Part shown: positions 10,349-19,419 of the stretch, piece by piece
Layout: the number at the start of each line of letters is the position of its first letter
Numbering within the stretch: the first letter of the stretch is position 1
Source of the DNA: an uncultured Trueperaceae bacterium
GTDB lineage: Bacteria > Deinococcota > Deinococci > Deinococcales > Trueperaceae
Length of the DNA stretch: 64,000 nucleotides
NCBI GenBank assembly: GCA_963799485.1
Contig: CAWCXJ010000007.1
Coordinates: 96,001-160,000 of the forward strand
Direction of reading: 5' to 3'
Translations under genes and position numbers: made by a program
Notes under the pieces: generated by a model
Seen by the model: the letters and a program-made list of their open reading frames with translations, nothing else
The model's database searches: none
Told to the model about the DNA's origin: nothing

Positions 10349-10415
10349 AGCAGAAGTCGAAAGTCGACACTCAGAAGAAAAGCTTTATGCTGACTACTGA
10401 TACCTGACTACTCTA
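10349..10415. repeat. Heptamer-arm imperfect hairpin element
   Basis: AGAAGTC GAAAGTC GACACTC … AAAAGCTTT … CTGACTA CTGATAC CTGACTA. Confidence 0.5.
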
Positions 10416-10432
10416 GGTTTTATGGAGCTTTT

Positions 10433-12259
10433 ATGGATTTTAGCAAAAACGTCGTGCTTAAAGAAAACTATACCTTTCTCGTTGCCGACGCCGCCGGGCA
10501 GATTGCAGGCGGCGAACACGGTGTATACAACCGCGACACCCGGTTCTTGAACCGTTACAGCTGGTCTTTGGGTGAGGACGTCCAGGCGCTACTTATCCAC
10601 ACCCCGCGCCCCGATGTTCTAAGCGCCCACTACGCACATATCGAAGGGCCGTCGCAAGCGTTGGGGGTCAAGCGGCAGCTGAAGGTACAAGCCGACGGCT
10701 TTGAAGATGTTTTGGAGGTGCAAAACACCGGTTCCGAACCCCGTAACGTCACCCTCGAGCTCAACCTTGCCGGCGACTTTGCCGATATGTTCGAGGCGCG
10801 GGGCTGGGCAGAGTCGGGGCGCGACCCGGCCTTACTCGAGCAAACAGCGGTCGGCTTTGCGCTGCGCTACCGGGCACAAGACGGGGTAGAAACAGCGACC
10901 TTTTTAGAGCCTTCGCAGATGCCGGATGAGGTGCAGGGCGAAGCGCTGGTATTTCGGTTTATCTTGGCACCCAAAGAGGCGCGCACACTCAGCGTTACCG
11001 TCACCTTACGCACGATGGGGGAAAACCGTCCGGGTACAAGTTATGAAACGTGGCTGGGGGCATTTTCGGTTCCCGAAACGCTTTCACAACCTCACCAGGA
11101 GGTCTTGGCCCAGGCCCAAAAAGACCTCCGCGCGCTCCTGCTTTTTACCGAACACGGCCCGTATCTAGCAGCAGGTATTCCCTGGTACGTCGCCGCGTTC
11201 GGGCGGGACGCGCTGCTGGCTGCTTCGATGCTCTTGCCTCACCACCCGGAGGTTGCCGAGGGCGTGCTGCGCTACCTGGCGGCCTATCAGGGCGAAAAAC
11301 ACAACCCCCTGACCGCCGAAGCGCCCGGCAAGATCATGCACGAACTGCGTTTCGGTGAGCTGACGCGGTTGGGCCGGATGCCCTTTAGTCCTTACTACGG
11401 CACCGTAGATGCGACGGCGCTCTTTGTCATGCTCCTTCACCGGCTCCATACGCTGACCGGAAGTAAGCTTGTCCGGGAGTTGCGCCCGTGCTGGGAAGCC
11501 GCGCTCACTTGGATGACCGACATTGCCGACGGGGACGGGGACGGGTTTCTCGAGTTTACCGGGGCCGATACGAAAGGTCTGGCGGTGCAGACCTGGAAAG
11601 ACTCGTGGGACTCGCTGAGTCACCGTGACGGGCGGTTAGCCAAGGGTGCAATTGCCGGAAGTGAGGTGCAGGGCTACGCTTACGCCGCCTACTGCGCCGC
11701 TGCCGACTTTTACGAGGGGCTTGGTGAGGACGAGAGTGGGGCGTGGCGTACACGGGCAGGAGCACTCAAAAAGTCGTTTCATGAACACTTTTGGCTAGAC
11801 GAACTCCAAACCTACGCGATGGCGTTAGACGGAGACAAGTGTCCTTTAGAAGTCCATAACTCGAACGCCGGGCACCTCCTCTGGACGGGCATCGTCCCGG
11901 CTGAGGTGGCACCCAAGCTTGCTAAAACGCTCTTTTCAGAGCCCAACTGGTCGGGGTGGGGCGTCCGCACGCTCGGCGCAGGCGAGATGCGTTACAACCC
12001 GGTGTCGTATCACAACGGTTCGGTCTGGCCCCACGACACCGCGCTTATCGCCGGAGGTTTGGCGCGTTACGGTTTCGACGACGAGGCGGCGCGTATTCGT
12101 GAAGCGCTTTACGACTTGGCAGCAAGCCAGAATGACCGTCGTCTGCCCGAACTCATCGCGGGCTACCCGCGAGAAGCTGCGCCGCCCGTTCCCTATCCGG
12201 TCGCGTGCCGCCCGCAAGCGTGGGACGCAGCGGCGCTGCTCTACTTGCTGGAACTGTAG
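10433..12259 (+). CDS. Amylo-alpha-1,6-glucosidase / glycogen-debranching-type (alpha/alpha)6 glycosidase
   Basis: AAGIPWYVAAFGRDAL, PYYGTVDAT, WKDSWD, YHNGSVWPHD and ACRPQAW. Confidence 0.88.
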   Translation: MDFSKNVVLKENYTFLVADAAGQIAGGEHGVYNRDTRFLNRYSWSLGEDVQALLIHTPRPDVLSAHYAHIEGPSQALGVKRQLKVQADGFEDVLEVQNTGSEPRNVTLELNLAGDFADMFEARGWAESGRDPALLEQTAVGFALRYRAQDGVETATFLEPSQMPDEVQGEALVFRFILAPKEARTLSVTVTLRTMGENRPGTSYETWLGAFSVPETLSQPHQEVLAQAQKDLRALLLFTEHGPYLAAGIPWYVAAFGRDALLAASMLLPHHPEVAEGVLRYLAAYQGEKHNPLTAEAPGKIMHELRFGELTRLGRMPFSPYYGTVDATALFVMLLHRLHTLTGSKLVRELRPCWEAALTWMTDIADGDGDGFLEFTGADTKGLAVQTWKDSWDSLSHRDGRLAKGAIAGSEVQGYAYAAYCAAADFYEGLGEDESGAWRTRAGALKKSFHEHFWLDELQTYAMALDGDKCPLEVHNSNAGHLLWTGIVPAEVAPKLAKTLFSEPNWSGWGVRTLGAGEMRYNPVSYHNGSVWPHDTALIAGGLARYGFDDEAARIREALYDLAASQNDRRLPELIAGYPREAAPPVPYPVACRPQAWDAAALLYLLEL

Positions 12260-12271
12260 GCAGCACTGTAG

Positions 12272-12332
12272 GCGGCGGTTAGTAAAAAGCAGTGAGCAAC
12301 GAGTAAAAGCTTTTCGACTCGTTGCTCATTGC
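12272..12332. repeat. Dispersed heptamer-arm hairpin (copy 1); may also terminate the convergent genes
   Basis: GCGGCGGTTA…GCAGTGAGCAACGAGT-aaaagcttttcg-ACTCGTTGCTCATTGC, homologous to 18063-18140. Confidence 0.7.
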
Positions 12333-12350
12333 CCGGCACCCATTACGCCC

Positions 12351-13325
12351 CTATGATTCCGGCAATTCCGTTACTTCAACGTGCTGCACCTCGTCTTCGG
12401 GGTCTTTCGATTTGGGGCTCAGCAGCGACGCAACGATGCTGATAGTCAGCGCGCCGATGATAACGCCCAAACTAAGAAGAATCGGGATGTGAACGTCAAA
12501 GTATTCGACGAGCATCTTGACGCCGACGAAAGTCAGCACGAACGCCAGGCCGTAACGCAGGTAGACGAACTTGTGAATCACCCCGGCGAGCAAAAAGTAA
12601 AGGCTCCGCAAACCCAAAATGGCAAAGATGTTGCTGGTAAAGACGATAAACGGTTCCTGGGTAATCGCAAAAATCGCCGGAATCGAATCGAGGGCAAAGA
12701 CCAAGTCGGTCAGCTCGATCATCACCAAGACCAAGAGAAGCGGCGTGACCATCCGGCGGCCCGCCTCGAGCACCGTAAACTTCGCCTCCCGGTAGCCGTC
12801 GGTAACCGGAAACAAACGCCGGATAAAACGCAGGGCGGCGTTTTTCTCGAGGTCGACCGTATCGCCTTCATCGCTAAAAAACATCCTGACGCCGGCAAAA
12901 ACCAGAAACGCCCCGAAGAGATAGATAATCCAGTTAAAGTTGGCAATCAGCGCCGCGCCGAGCGCGATCATCGCCCCGCGCATGACGAGCGCGCCCAAAA
13001 TGCCCCAGAAGAGAACTCGGTGCTGATATTGCGGCGGCACTGCAAACGCCGAAAAAATCAGCACGAACACGAAGATATTATCGACCGAGAGCGAGTATTC
13101 GATGAGGTAGCCGGTTAAAAACTCGAGCCCGACTTGTGGCCCATAGATAAAGTAAAGCGCTACATTAAAAAGGAGCGCCAGCGAAACCCACACCGAAGTC
13201 CAGGCACCCGCCTCACGGACGCTGACGGTATGCGCTTTACGGTTGAATACGCCCAAGTCGAGCGCCAGCATCGCCAGTACAAAAACCAGAAAGCCAATCC
13301 AGAAAACCAGTGGTACGTCAATCAC
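12351..13325 (-). CDS. alx: TerC/Alx-family Mn-associated membrane protein
   Basis: YLIEYSLSVDNIFVF and ELTDLVFALDSIPAI, preceded by a yybP-ykoY riboswitch. Start placed at GTG 13325. Confidence 0.88.
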   Translation of the reverse strand: MIDVPLVFWIGFLVFVLAMLALDLGVFNRKAHTVSVREAGAWTSVWVSLALLFNVALYFIYGPQVGLEFLTGYLIEYSLSVDNIFVFVLIFSAFAVPPQYQHRVLFWGILGALVMRGAMIALGAALIANFNWIIYLFGAFLVFAGVRMFFSDEGDTVDLEKNAALRFIRRLFPVTDGYREAKFTVLEAGRRMVTPLLLVLVMIELTDLVFALDSIPAIFAITQEPFIVFTSNIFAILGLRSLYFLLAGVIHKFVYLRYGLAFVLTFVGVKMLVEYFDVHIPILLSLGVIIGALTISIVASLLSPKSKDPEDEVQHVEVTELPES

Positions 13326-13392
13326 CCTGCAACCTTTCCCCGGCACGGTTCGTTATTAAATCGACCATTACAGCCAATTATCCACGCCGGTT

Positions 13393-13501
13393 CAGGTCTC
13401 GCACTATTTTTGAACGCCGGAAGAGCACTGCTCTTCGTGTTGACGACGCTCAACCCCGTTTTCACCGGTAACGCAAAATCCGGCGGGTGGCTACTCCCCT
13501 G
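13393..13501 (-). ncRNA. yybP-ykoY manganese riboswitch
   Basis: Minus strand reads CAGGGGAGUAG…CGUCAACAC…CCGG…GCGAGACCUG. P1 pairs CAGG/CCUG, and the element sits upstream of a TerC gene. Confidence 0.9.
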
Positions 13502-13571
13502 CTCCGGGTACTATAGCAGCTCATCGGGACGTTTCACGAAGGCTCCTCAACACCTTCTATCCGCAACCGGC

Positions 13572-14270
13572 TTAAAGGCGACCCAGCGTTCCCATCACGA
13601 CCGCCTTGGCGCGCCGCGCTGCCAGCGTCGTAAAGCTGCGAAAATCCACCTCGGCACCGCCGTCGGCGCTGTCGCTGAGTGAACGGACGATAACGAAAGG
13701 GAGGCCGGCACGGCTACAAATCTGGGCGACGGCGGCCCCTTCCATCTCGGCGCAGGCACCCCCGAACGTCGCGAAGAGAAACTTCACCTTCTCCGGGTCG
13801 GCGATAAACTGATCACCTGAAAGCACCCGGCCCGAAACGACTTCGACGTCACCGGCCTCGACCTCGGGGAGCGCCCCGGCTGCCGCCAGCGCAGCCGCGT
13901 GCAAAGCTTCGTCGGCAGGCCAGCTGAGCGGTTCTCCCGGCACCTCACCGCGCGCGTAACCGAGCGCCCGCACGTCGGCGTCGTGTTGCAATGCGTCGCG
14001 GCTGACGACGATATCGCCGACTTTAAGACCCGGCGCGACGCCGCCTGCAACCCCCGTAAAAATCACGTGCGAGACGCCTTCGAGAACGAAAACCTGGGCG
14101 AGCGCCGCTGCATTGACCTTGCCGATACCGCACTGGGAAACCAGAACGGGCTTGCCCCCCAAGACACCTTTGTGAAGCGTATACGCGCCCCGCTGCACCG
14201 TCTCCTGTTCGCCGAGCGCGCCCAAGAGTTGCTCGAGTTCTGCTGCCATCGCACCGATAATACCAATCAC
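13572..14270 (-). CDS. mtnN: 5'-methylthioadenosine/S-adenosylhomocysteine nucleosidase
   Basis: IGIIGAM, GIGKVNAA, FTGVAGG, EMEGAAVAQ and RSLSDSADG. Confidence 0.95.
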   Translation of the reverse strand: MIGIIGAMAAELEQLLGALGEQETVQRGAYTLHKGVLGGKPVLVSQCGIGKVNAAALAQVFVLEGVSHVIFTGVAGGVAPGLKVGDIVVSRDALQHDADVRALGYARGEVPGEPLSWPADEALHAAALAAAGALPEVEAGDVEVVSGRVLSGDQFIADPEKVKFLFATFGGACAEMEGAAVAQICSRAGLPFVIVRSLSDSADGGAEVDFRSFTTLAARRAKAVVMGTLGRL

Positions 14271-14339
14271 AGGTCTATCTTAAACTACCGTTCCAAACCT
14301 GCCGTTCCAAACCTCGATCTGAAGTCGCAGTATTTATAG

Positions 14340-14537
14340 AAGAAATGGCCTATCTTTTGCATTCCCATGCCCTGATGTGAAAGCCTTGGAGTCTGTGCCC
14401 GTAAACGAACTTTGCAGTGGATATGTGGGTTCTGTTCCAGGGCCCGCAGTTTCTCGTTCTCTTCCTCGCTCAGCTTGATGAAACGGTTCGCGCGATTTGC
14501 CACCGCTTATTATCGCGGAAGATTGGCTTGGAGACAC
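14340..14537 (-). mobile_element. IS630-family remnant (5' HTH fragment only)
   Basis: RFIKLSEEENEKLRALEQNPHIHCKVRLRAQ resembles IS630 N-termini. The fragment begins at the TAA stop of the upstream gene, consistent with a TA target. Confidence 0.65.
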
Positions 14538-15518
14538 TTAATTGCCACCGCCACTACCTGCACCACCCGTTTCGGTACCGCTACCGCCGCCTGTTTGCGC
14601 TTCGCCGCCCAGCAAAAGGGTCTCGAGGGGTGCTTCTTCAACCGGTGTACCTATAACGAACAAGGTGTAGACCTCGTTGGGCCTAAACGACACCTCCTCT
14701 AGTGTAAGAATGGCTGCCGCTGAGCCTTCGATACGAACCTCCAACCCGCTTGCCTCAGCGGGTTCGAGATCGTTATACGAACTGGCGTCAGCAAAAGCCA
14801 GATCGCTCACGACCGTGCGCGCTTCGCCATCTTCCTGAGCGGCTCCGGCAACATTCACGAGTGAGATGGGCGCAGTTCCCGGTGCAGCATGAACCAGTCG
14901 GACGCGAGCAAACTGCGGTACAGGAACAGCCCCACCTACCGGCTCACCCACTGTTGCAGGTGGTGTTGCCGCCGGAGCGGTTGCCGCTGGATCAGCGCCT
15001 ACCCCTACAGCTGCCGGTTGCGCCTCTAACGCACTTAAGGGTGGGTCATCGTCATACGAGGCCAGCCTCAGCGCGAGGCTGTCTTGGTTAGCCCCATCGC
15101 TAAAGATGTTGCCGAGGAAGCTGAAAAAGCCGCCTTCTTCGTCTTGAACGTCGGCTTGCTCCCCCAGGTTTTCAGGAATGACCAACCCTATAGCTGCGAC
15201 CGTATAGTAGGCACTCGCATTAAAGCTGAGGGTCTCGGTCAAATTACCTTCAGGGGTCTCAAGCACTACATCGTATTCACCTGACGGGACTTCCAGATAG
15301 TCCGTGGTGTCGCGGTAGCTAAGACCACTCAGCTCGTCCGGCGCGAGGGTTTGGCCTCCCTCTGCGGTGCTGGTCAGGTTGATGCTGACCTCAGGTGCAT
15401 TAGGGGATAGGTGCGCCACTCGAACAAAGGCTGCGTCAGGAGCTGGAGCTTCCTGAGCCGCTGCCCACCCTAGCGGCAACGCAAGAGTTAGAACGACGTA
15501 TTTCAGATACGGTTTCAT
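14538..15518 (-). CDS. Exported DUF4397-domain protein
   Basis: Signal peptide, two repeats VRVAHLSPNAP / VRLVHAAPGTAP and a Gly-rich tail. AGGAGG RBS. Confidence 0.85.
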   Translation of the reverse strand: MKPYLKYVVLTLALPLGWAAAQEAPAPDAAFVRVAHLSPNAPEVSINLTSTAEGGQTLAPDELSGLSYRDTTDYLEVPSGEYDVVLETPEGNLTETLSFNASAYYTVAAIGLVIPENLGEQADVQDEEGGFFSFLGNIFSDGANQDSLALRLASYDDDPPLSALEAQPAAVGVGADPAATAPAATPPATVGEPVGGAVPVPQFARVRLVHAAPGTAPISLVNVAGAAQEDGEARTVVSDLAFADASSYNDLEPAEASGLEVRIEGSAAAILTLEEVSFRPNEVYTLFVIGTPVEEAPLETLLLGGEAQTGGGSGTETGGAGSGGGN

Positions 15519-15799
15519 AACTTCCTCCTTTACTCAGTTAAGCAATTACAGTTTATAGTATAGCCGAAGAACTGGAAAAGCGCGTGTGTGTACTTGTAGC
15601 GGCGACAGCCTTTTTTGGAGCCGCCAACCTGGCCCACTTCCGATGTTGACGCTGCTGTTTACGTGCGCTGTCTTCAACTTTTCAGGCTGTCAACCTTTAT
15701 CTTGTACCCGTTAACTACGTCCCGAAGCCCCCGCCGCGCCGTAACCGTAATCCCGCCTGAGCACCTTCAACTTCTCCCTGACCCTACTTCGTCTATGGT

Positions 15800-15855
15800 C
15801 TCTTTGCTCGTTTGTCTCTTTGCTCACGACCCACTGCTCACGACTTGTGGCTCTT
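15800..15855. repeat. Degenerate heptamer tandem repeats (single arm)
   Basis: TCTTTGC TCGTTTG TCTCTTTGC TCACGAC CCACTGC TCACGAC TTGTGGC. Confidence 0.45.
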
Positions 15856-16745
15856 TAGCGGGGTTGTTTGACAAAAACCGGGTAACTCCCGCGCTGCTCA
15901 AACCCGATAGATTCCAAAATACGCACCAGTTTGGGGTCACGCTGCGTCACCAGCGTCTGCAGCCGGGCCAAGGGGCTCCGGGCCGCGAGTTCTTGCATAC
16001 TCGAGAGTAAAAGCCGCTGCAACATCTCCGCCGAGTCGCGGTGCTCGGCTAATACACCCGCCGCCGTCAGGTAATAAACCCCGTCGATGCTGTCTTCCAA
16101 AACGCCGTAAAACGCGTACCCGACCGGCTCCTGGTCCAAAGTTTCGGAGGCCAAAAACCACAGGTTCGGGTAAAACGGGCCGCGCCAGCGTTTGAGCCAG
16201 CCCCAAAACGCCTCGGACGGCGTAAACCCCTCACCCTGCTCGAACACGTTTTGAAACTGGTCATCGCTCTCTTCAGTCCACGCCTCGAGTACCAAAGGCA
16301 CCCCCAGAGGCGGCAACTCGGCCAAGTCAAACTCCAGATCGACCGCCTGTCGCCCCTCGAAGCCGAGTGTGGTGAGGGCCGGGGCGAGCATGCCGAGGCG
16401 TGCGGGCGAGACGTTGTAGAGCGGACAGTGCACCGCTTCGTGGTCGAACTTGTCTAAAAGATGCCTCAGCAGCGTCTTTAAGTCGTCGGCAGAGCCCTTG
16501 AACCACAAATTGCTCAGGTACAGGTTCTGGTCGTCGTCTTCGGGTTCCGGTGCCTGCACGTAGGCACCGGCGAGTGGGATGTCGCCCGCGGCGAAGAGGA
16601 TAAAGCAGCGGTCGGCCTCGCCCAGCGGGTCGTGAACGGCGCGTATACTCCGCCGCGCAAAACCGCGCGGGTCGCTGTGACCCAAAAATTCGTAGGAGGA
16701 GGCGAGAAACCACTCGAGTTCGTCGGGGGAGGTGGAGCGAATCAC
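15855..16745 (-). CDS. Hypothetical protein, probable tandem GNAT-like fold
   Basis: PVGYAFYG, AAGVLAEHR and LESIGFE resemble GNAT motifs. Start placed at GTG (VIRSTS). Confidence 0.55.
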   Translation of the reverse strand: MIRSTSPDELEWFLASSYEFLGHSDPRGFARRSIRAVHDPLGEADRCFILFAAGDIPLAGAYVQAPEPEDDDQNLYLSNLWFKGSADDLKTLLRHLLDKFDHEAVHCPLYNVSPARLGMLAPALTTLGFEGRQAVDLEFDLAELPPLGVPLVLEAWTEESDDQFQNVFEQGEGFTPSEAFWGWLKRWRGPFYPNLWFLASETLDQEPVGYAFYGVLEDSIDGVYYLTAAGVLAEHRDSAEMLQRLLLSSMQELAARSPLARLQTLVTQRDPKLVRILESIGFEQRGSYPVFVKQPR

Positions 16746-16855
16746 TGTGTCGCACTTTACCCTACTGCCGCCCCCGACCAAAGCAGAAGCGAACGGTTGA
16801 CCAACCGAAAAAGCTCGAGCCGCCACAAGCTAAACTTACTGTAAAAATACTGCCC

Positions 16856-18019
16856 TCAGATCTTCGTCCCGACAAACGCCTCGAGCCTCGCCAGCGCTTT
16901 CTCGATATTCTCCATACTCGTCGCGTAAGAAAATCGCGCCTGTCCGGGAGCGTCGAAGTCGGTACCGGGAACAACGCCGACATGCGCTTTTTCCAGCAGC
17001 ATCACCGCCGCCTCGGTTTCGTCTTGGTGAATAGGCGTCAGGTCGCTCATCACGTAAAACGCGCCTTGCGGTTTCGGGGTTTTGAGGCCGAGACCGTTGA
17101 GGCCGTCAACCAGTACGTCACGCCGCGCTATATACGCTTTTTTGGTCATCTCGACAAACTCGCGCGTTTTGTCAACTTCGTTGAGCGCCGCTATGACCGC
17201 GTACTGCGCCACCGCGTTCGCGTTACTCGTCACCTGACCCTGAAGCTTGTTCATCGCCTTGATGAGGGGCGCAGGCCCCGCACCGTAGCCGATACGCCAG
17301 CCCGTGAGCGCATACGCCTTGCTCGCGCCGTGAATGATCAGCGTCCGGTCTTGGGCAAAGTTTGCCGCCGAGACAAACTCACCTTCGTAAACAAGGTGTT
17401 CGTAAAGGTCGTCGGAGAAAAGCCAGAGGTCGTGTTTTACGGCGAGTTCGGCAATCCCGCGCACGACTTCGGGCGGATAAACCGCGCCGGTCGGGTTCGA
17501 CGGCGAGTTCAGCACGATGACGCGGGTGCGCTCAGAAATAGCGGCTTCGATAGCCTCAACGCTCGGAATAAAGCCGTCTTCGGGGCGCGTCCTCACCGGC
17601 ACCGACACGCCGCCCGTCAGCTGTACCTGCGCCGGGTAGGAGACCCAGTACGGGGCCGGCAGAATGACTTCATCGCCGGGATTCAAGACTGCCATAAAGC
17701 CGTTGTACAAGACCTGTTTGCCGCCGGTACTGACCGAAACCTGGTCGAGGCCGTAAGAGAGGCCGTTTTCGCGCTGAAACTTCGCGGCGACGGCTTCGCG
17801 CAGCTCGGCGGCGCCTTCGGCGGGCGTGTATTTGGTCATGCCTCGGTCGATGGCTTCGTGCGCCGCTGCCAGCACATGTTCGGGCGGCTGAAAGTCGGGC
17901 TCGCCCGCCGTCATCGCCACCACGTCAACGCCGCTACGCTGGAGTTCTTTGGCTTTGGTGTTAAAGGCGACGGTAGCGGACGCTTTCAAGGCTTTGAGGG
18001 TTTCGGAGAGTTGCGGCAT
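16856..18019 (-). CDS. aspC: Aspartate aminotransferase (class I/II PLP)
   Basis: AGEPDF, LNSPSNPTGAVY and SKAYALTGWRIGY. Confidence 0.9.
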   Translation of the reverse strand: MPQLSETLKALKASATVAFNTKAKELQRSGVDVVAMTAGEPDFQPPEHVLAAAHEAIDRGMTKYTPAEGAAELREAVAAKFQRENGLSYGLDQVSVSTGGKQVLYNGFMAVLNPGDEVILPAPYWVSYPAQVQLTGGVSVPVRTRPEDGFIPSVEAIEAAISERTRVIVLNSPSNPTGAVYPPEVVRGIAELAVKHDLWLFSDDLYEHLVYEGEFVSAANFAQDRTLIIHGASKAYALTGWRIGYGAGPAPLIKAMNKLQGQVTSNANAVAQYAVIAALNEVDKTREFVEMTKKAYIARRDVLVDGLNGLGLKTPKPQGAFYVMSDLTPIHQDETEAAVMLLEKAHVGVVPGTDFDAPGQARFSYATSMENIEKALARLEAFVGTKI

Positions 18020-18062
18020 AGTTCCTCCTAGTTAGGGTCAGTTTAACGTAAGGCTTGCAGGG

Positions 18063-18150
18063 AGCGGCGGTTATTACAGAGCAATGAGTGCCGAGCAATG
18101 AGCAATGAGTGAAAATCACCGACTCATTGCTCATTGCTCGTTGCTTGCTC
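18063..18150. repeat. Dispersed heptamer-arm hairpin (copy 2)
   Basis: Perfect 19-bp stem CGAGCAATGAGCAATGAGT (18092-18110) / ACTCATTGCTCATTGCTCG (18122-18140), built from GCAATGA units. Confidence 0.75.
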
Positions 18151-18163
18151 GTCTGACCCCAAC

Positions 18164-18193
18164 AAAAAAGCGCCCTGCTGAGGTGCAGAGCGC
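18164..18193 (-). terminator. Rho-independent terminator of ndk
   Basis: GCGCTCTGC-acctca-GCAGGGCGC followed by TTTTTT. Confidence 0.8.
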
Positions 18194-18211
18194 AGAGAGC
18201 CGGCGTGGGCC

Positions 18212-18631
18212 TTAAAGGAGTTCTTCAGGCTTGAAAAAGATACCGATTTCGCGTTCGGCGGTTTCAGGAGCGTCGGAGCCGTGCGCGACATTTTCGTCGA
18301 TCGTGGTGGCAAAGTCGCCGCGAATGGTGCCGGGAGCCGCGTCTTTGGGGTTGGTTGCGCCCATCATCTTGCGCCACTCACTTATAGCATTTTCACCCTC
18401 GACGACCATCGCCACGACCGGGCCGCTGGTGATAAACGAGACGAGTCCCTCGAAAAAAGGTTTGCCCTTGTGTTCACCGTAGTGTCGTTCGGCAGTTTCA
18501 CGGGGGATTTGCATGAGTTTCATACCGACGATGCGAAAGCCTTTGGCCTCGAGCCGCCGCACCACTTCGCCGACCAGAGCGCGTTTCACGCCGTCGGGTT
18601 TGACCATTGCGTAGGTAAGTTCTATAGCCAT
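18212..18631 (-). CDS. ndk: Nucleoside diphosphate kinase
   Basis: [15 protein letters not shown] and NVAHGSD. Start placed at ATG 18631. Confidence 0.97.
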   Translation of the reverse strand: MAIELTYAMVKPDGVKRALVGEVVRRLEAKGFRIVGMKLMQIPRETAERHYGEHKGKPFFEGLVSFITSGPVVAMVVEGENAISEWRKMMGATNPKDAAPGTIRGDFATTIDENVAHGSDAPETAEREIGIFFKPEELL

Positions 18632-18673
18632 AACGAGGCACCATACCACACGCGTTCAAGGTTATACCCGCGT

Positions 18674-19186
18674 TTACATTTCAGCGGGCAACAGCTTCCG
18701 AATGAGCAGAATCTGGCCCCGGTGGTTCGTCTCGTCTTCAAAAACATGAAACCATTTGTAGTAGTTGCTTCTAGGTATGTCTCGAGATACATCAACCTCA
18801 TGCAACCAAGCGTCATCACAGTTTTTAAGCCCCGCTAACGTCTGCTCCCTCACACGTTCCAGTTCTGCCAGATAGTGCTCTGAGGGTTGGTCACGGATAG
18901 CTTTGCGCCCAGCTTCACCGAGCGCTTGAGCCGGGGTTTCCCAGTCAACAACTTGATGTTTGATGGTGTCCAAATAGTACCCTTCCTCAACAGCTGCGAT
19001 ATGAGCGAGCAGCATCCCGATAGAGTTGCCCTCCGGATGAGGCAAACGGTCGAGTTGCGCCGTACTCAGGTCTTTTACGGCGTGGAGCGTCTCGTCACGA
19101 ACACAGCGCATCATCCCCAAGAGTCGGCTGATGTGCGGCGTGTAACCGGGCAGGTCTTCAAACAGGAACGGGTTTTGAATCGTCAT
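18674..19186 (-). CDS. DinB/YfiT-family protein
   Basis: NSIGMLLAHIAAVE and HVFEDETNHRGQI. Confidence 0.85.
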   Translation of the reverse strand: MTIQNPFLFEDLPGYTPHISRLLGMMRCVRDETLHAVKDLSTAQLDRLPHPEGNSIGMLLAHIAAVEEGYYLDTIKHQVVDWETPAQALGEAGRKAIRDQPSEHYLAELERVREQTLAGLKNCDDAWLHEVDVSRDIPRSNYYKWFHVFEDETNHRGQILLIRKLLPAEM

Positions 19187-19335
19187 CCCGGTAGTGTAGC
19201 GGGTTGGCGTCCGGTGGGGGCTCGAGTGAACTCACCCTTTTAACCCGCCGTAAAACGTTCATCTGCACCCATGTTCGCCTACGCAGCCGCGTCTACAAAT
19301 AGAGCAAAACCCGTTACAGACAAAGGAGAACGCAA

Positions 19336-19419
19336 ATGGCTCACTATCAAACCGAGCTCGACATCGAAGGCATGACCTGCAACCACTGTATCCGGGCGGT
19401 TCAGGGGGCGCTCGAGCAG
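19336..19419 (+). pseudogene. 5' half of a CopZ/HMA metallochaperone, truncated by an IS630 remnant
   Basis: AAGGAG RBS, then MAHYQTELDIEGMTCNHCIRAVQGALEQ (GMTCxxC motif). It reads on into antisense IS DNA and stops at 19512. Absent from the ORF track. Confidence 0.8.

Noticed and set aside
15615..16010. 131-aa plus-strand ORF
   Set aside because: It crosses repeat-rich intergenic DNA and is antisense to the GNAT-like gene, with no RBS or motif.
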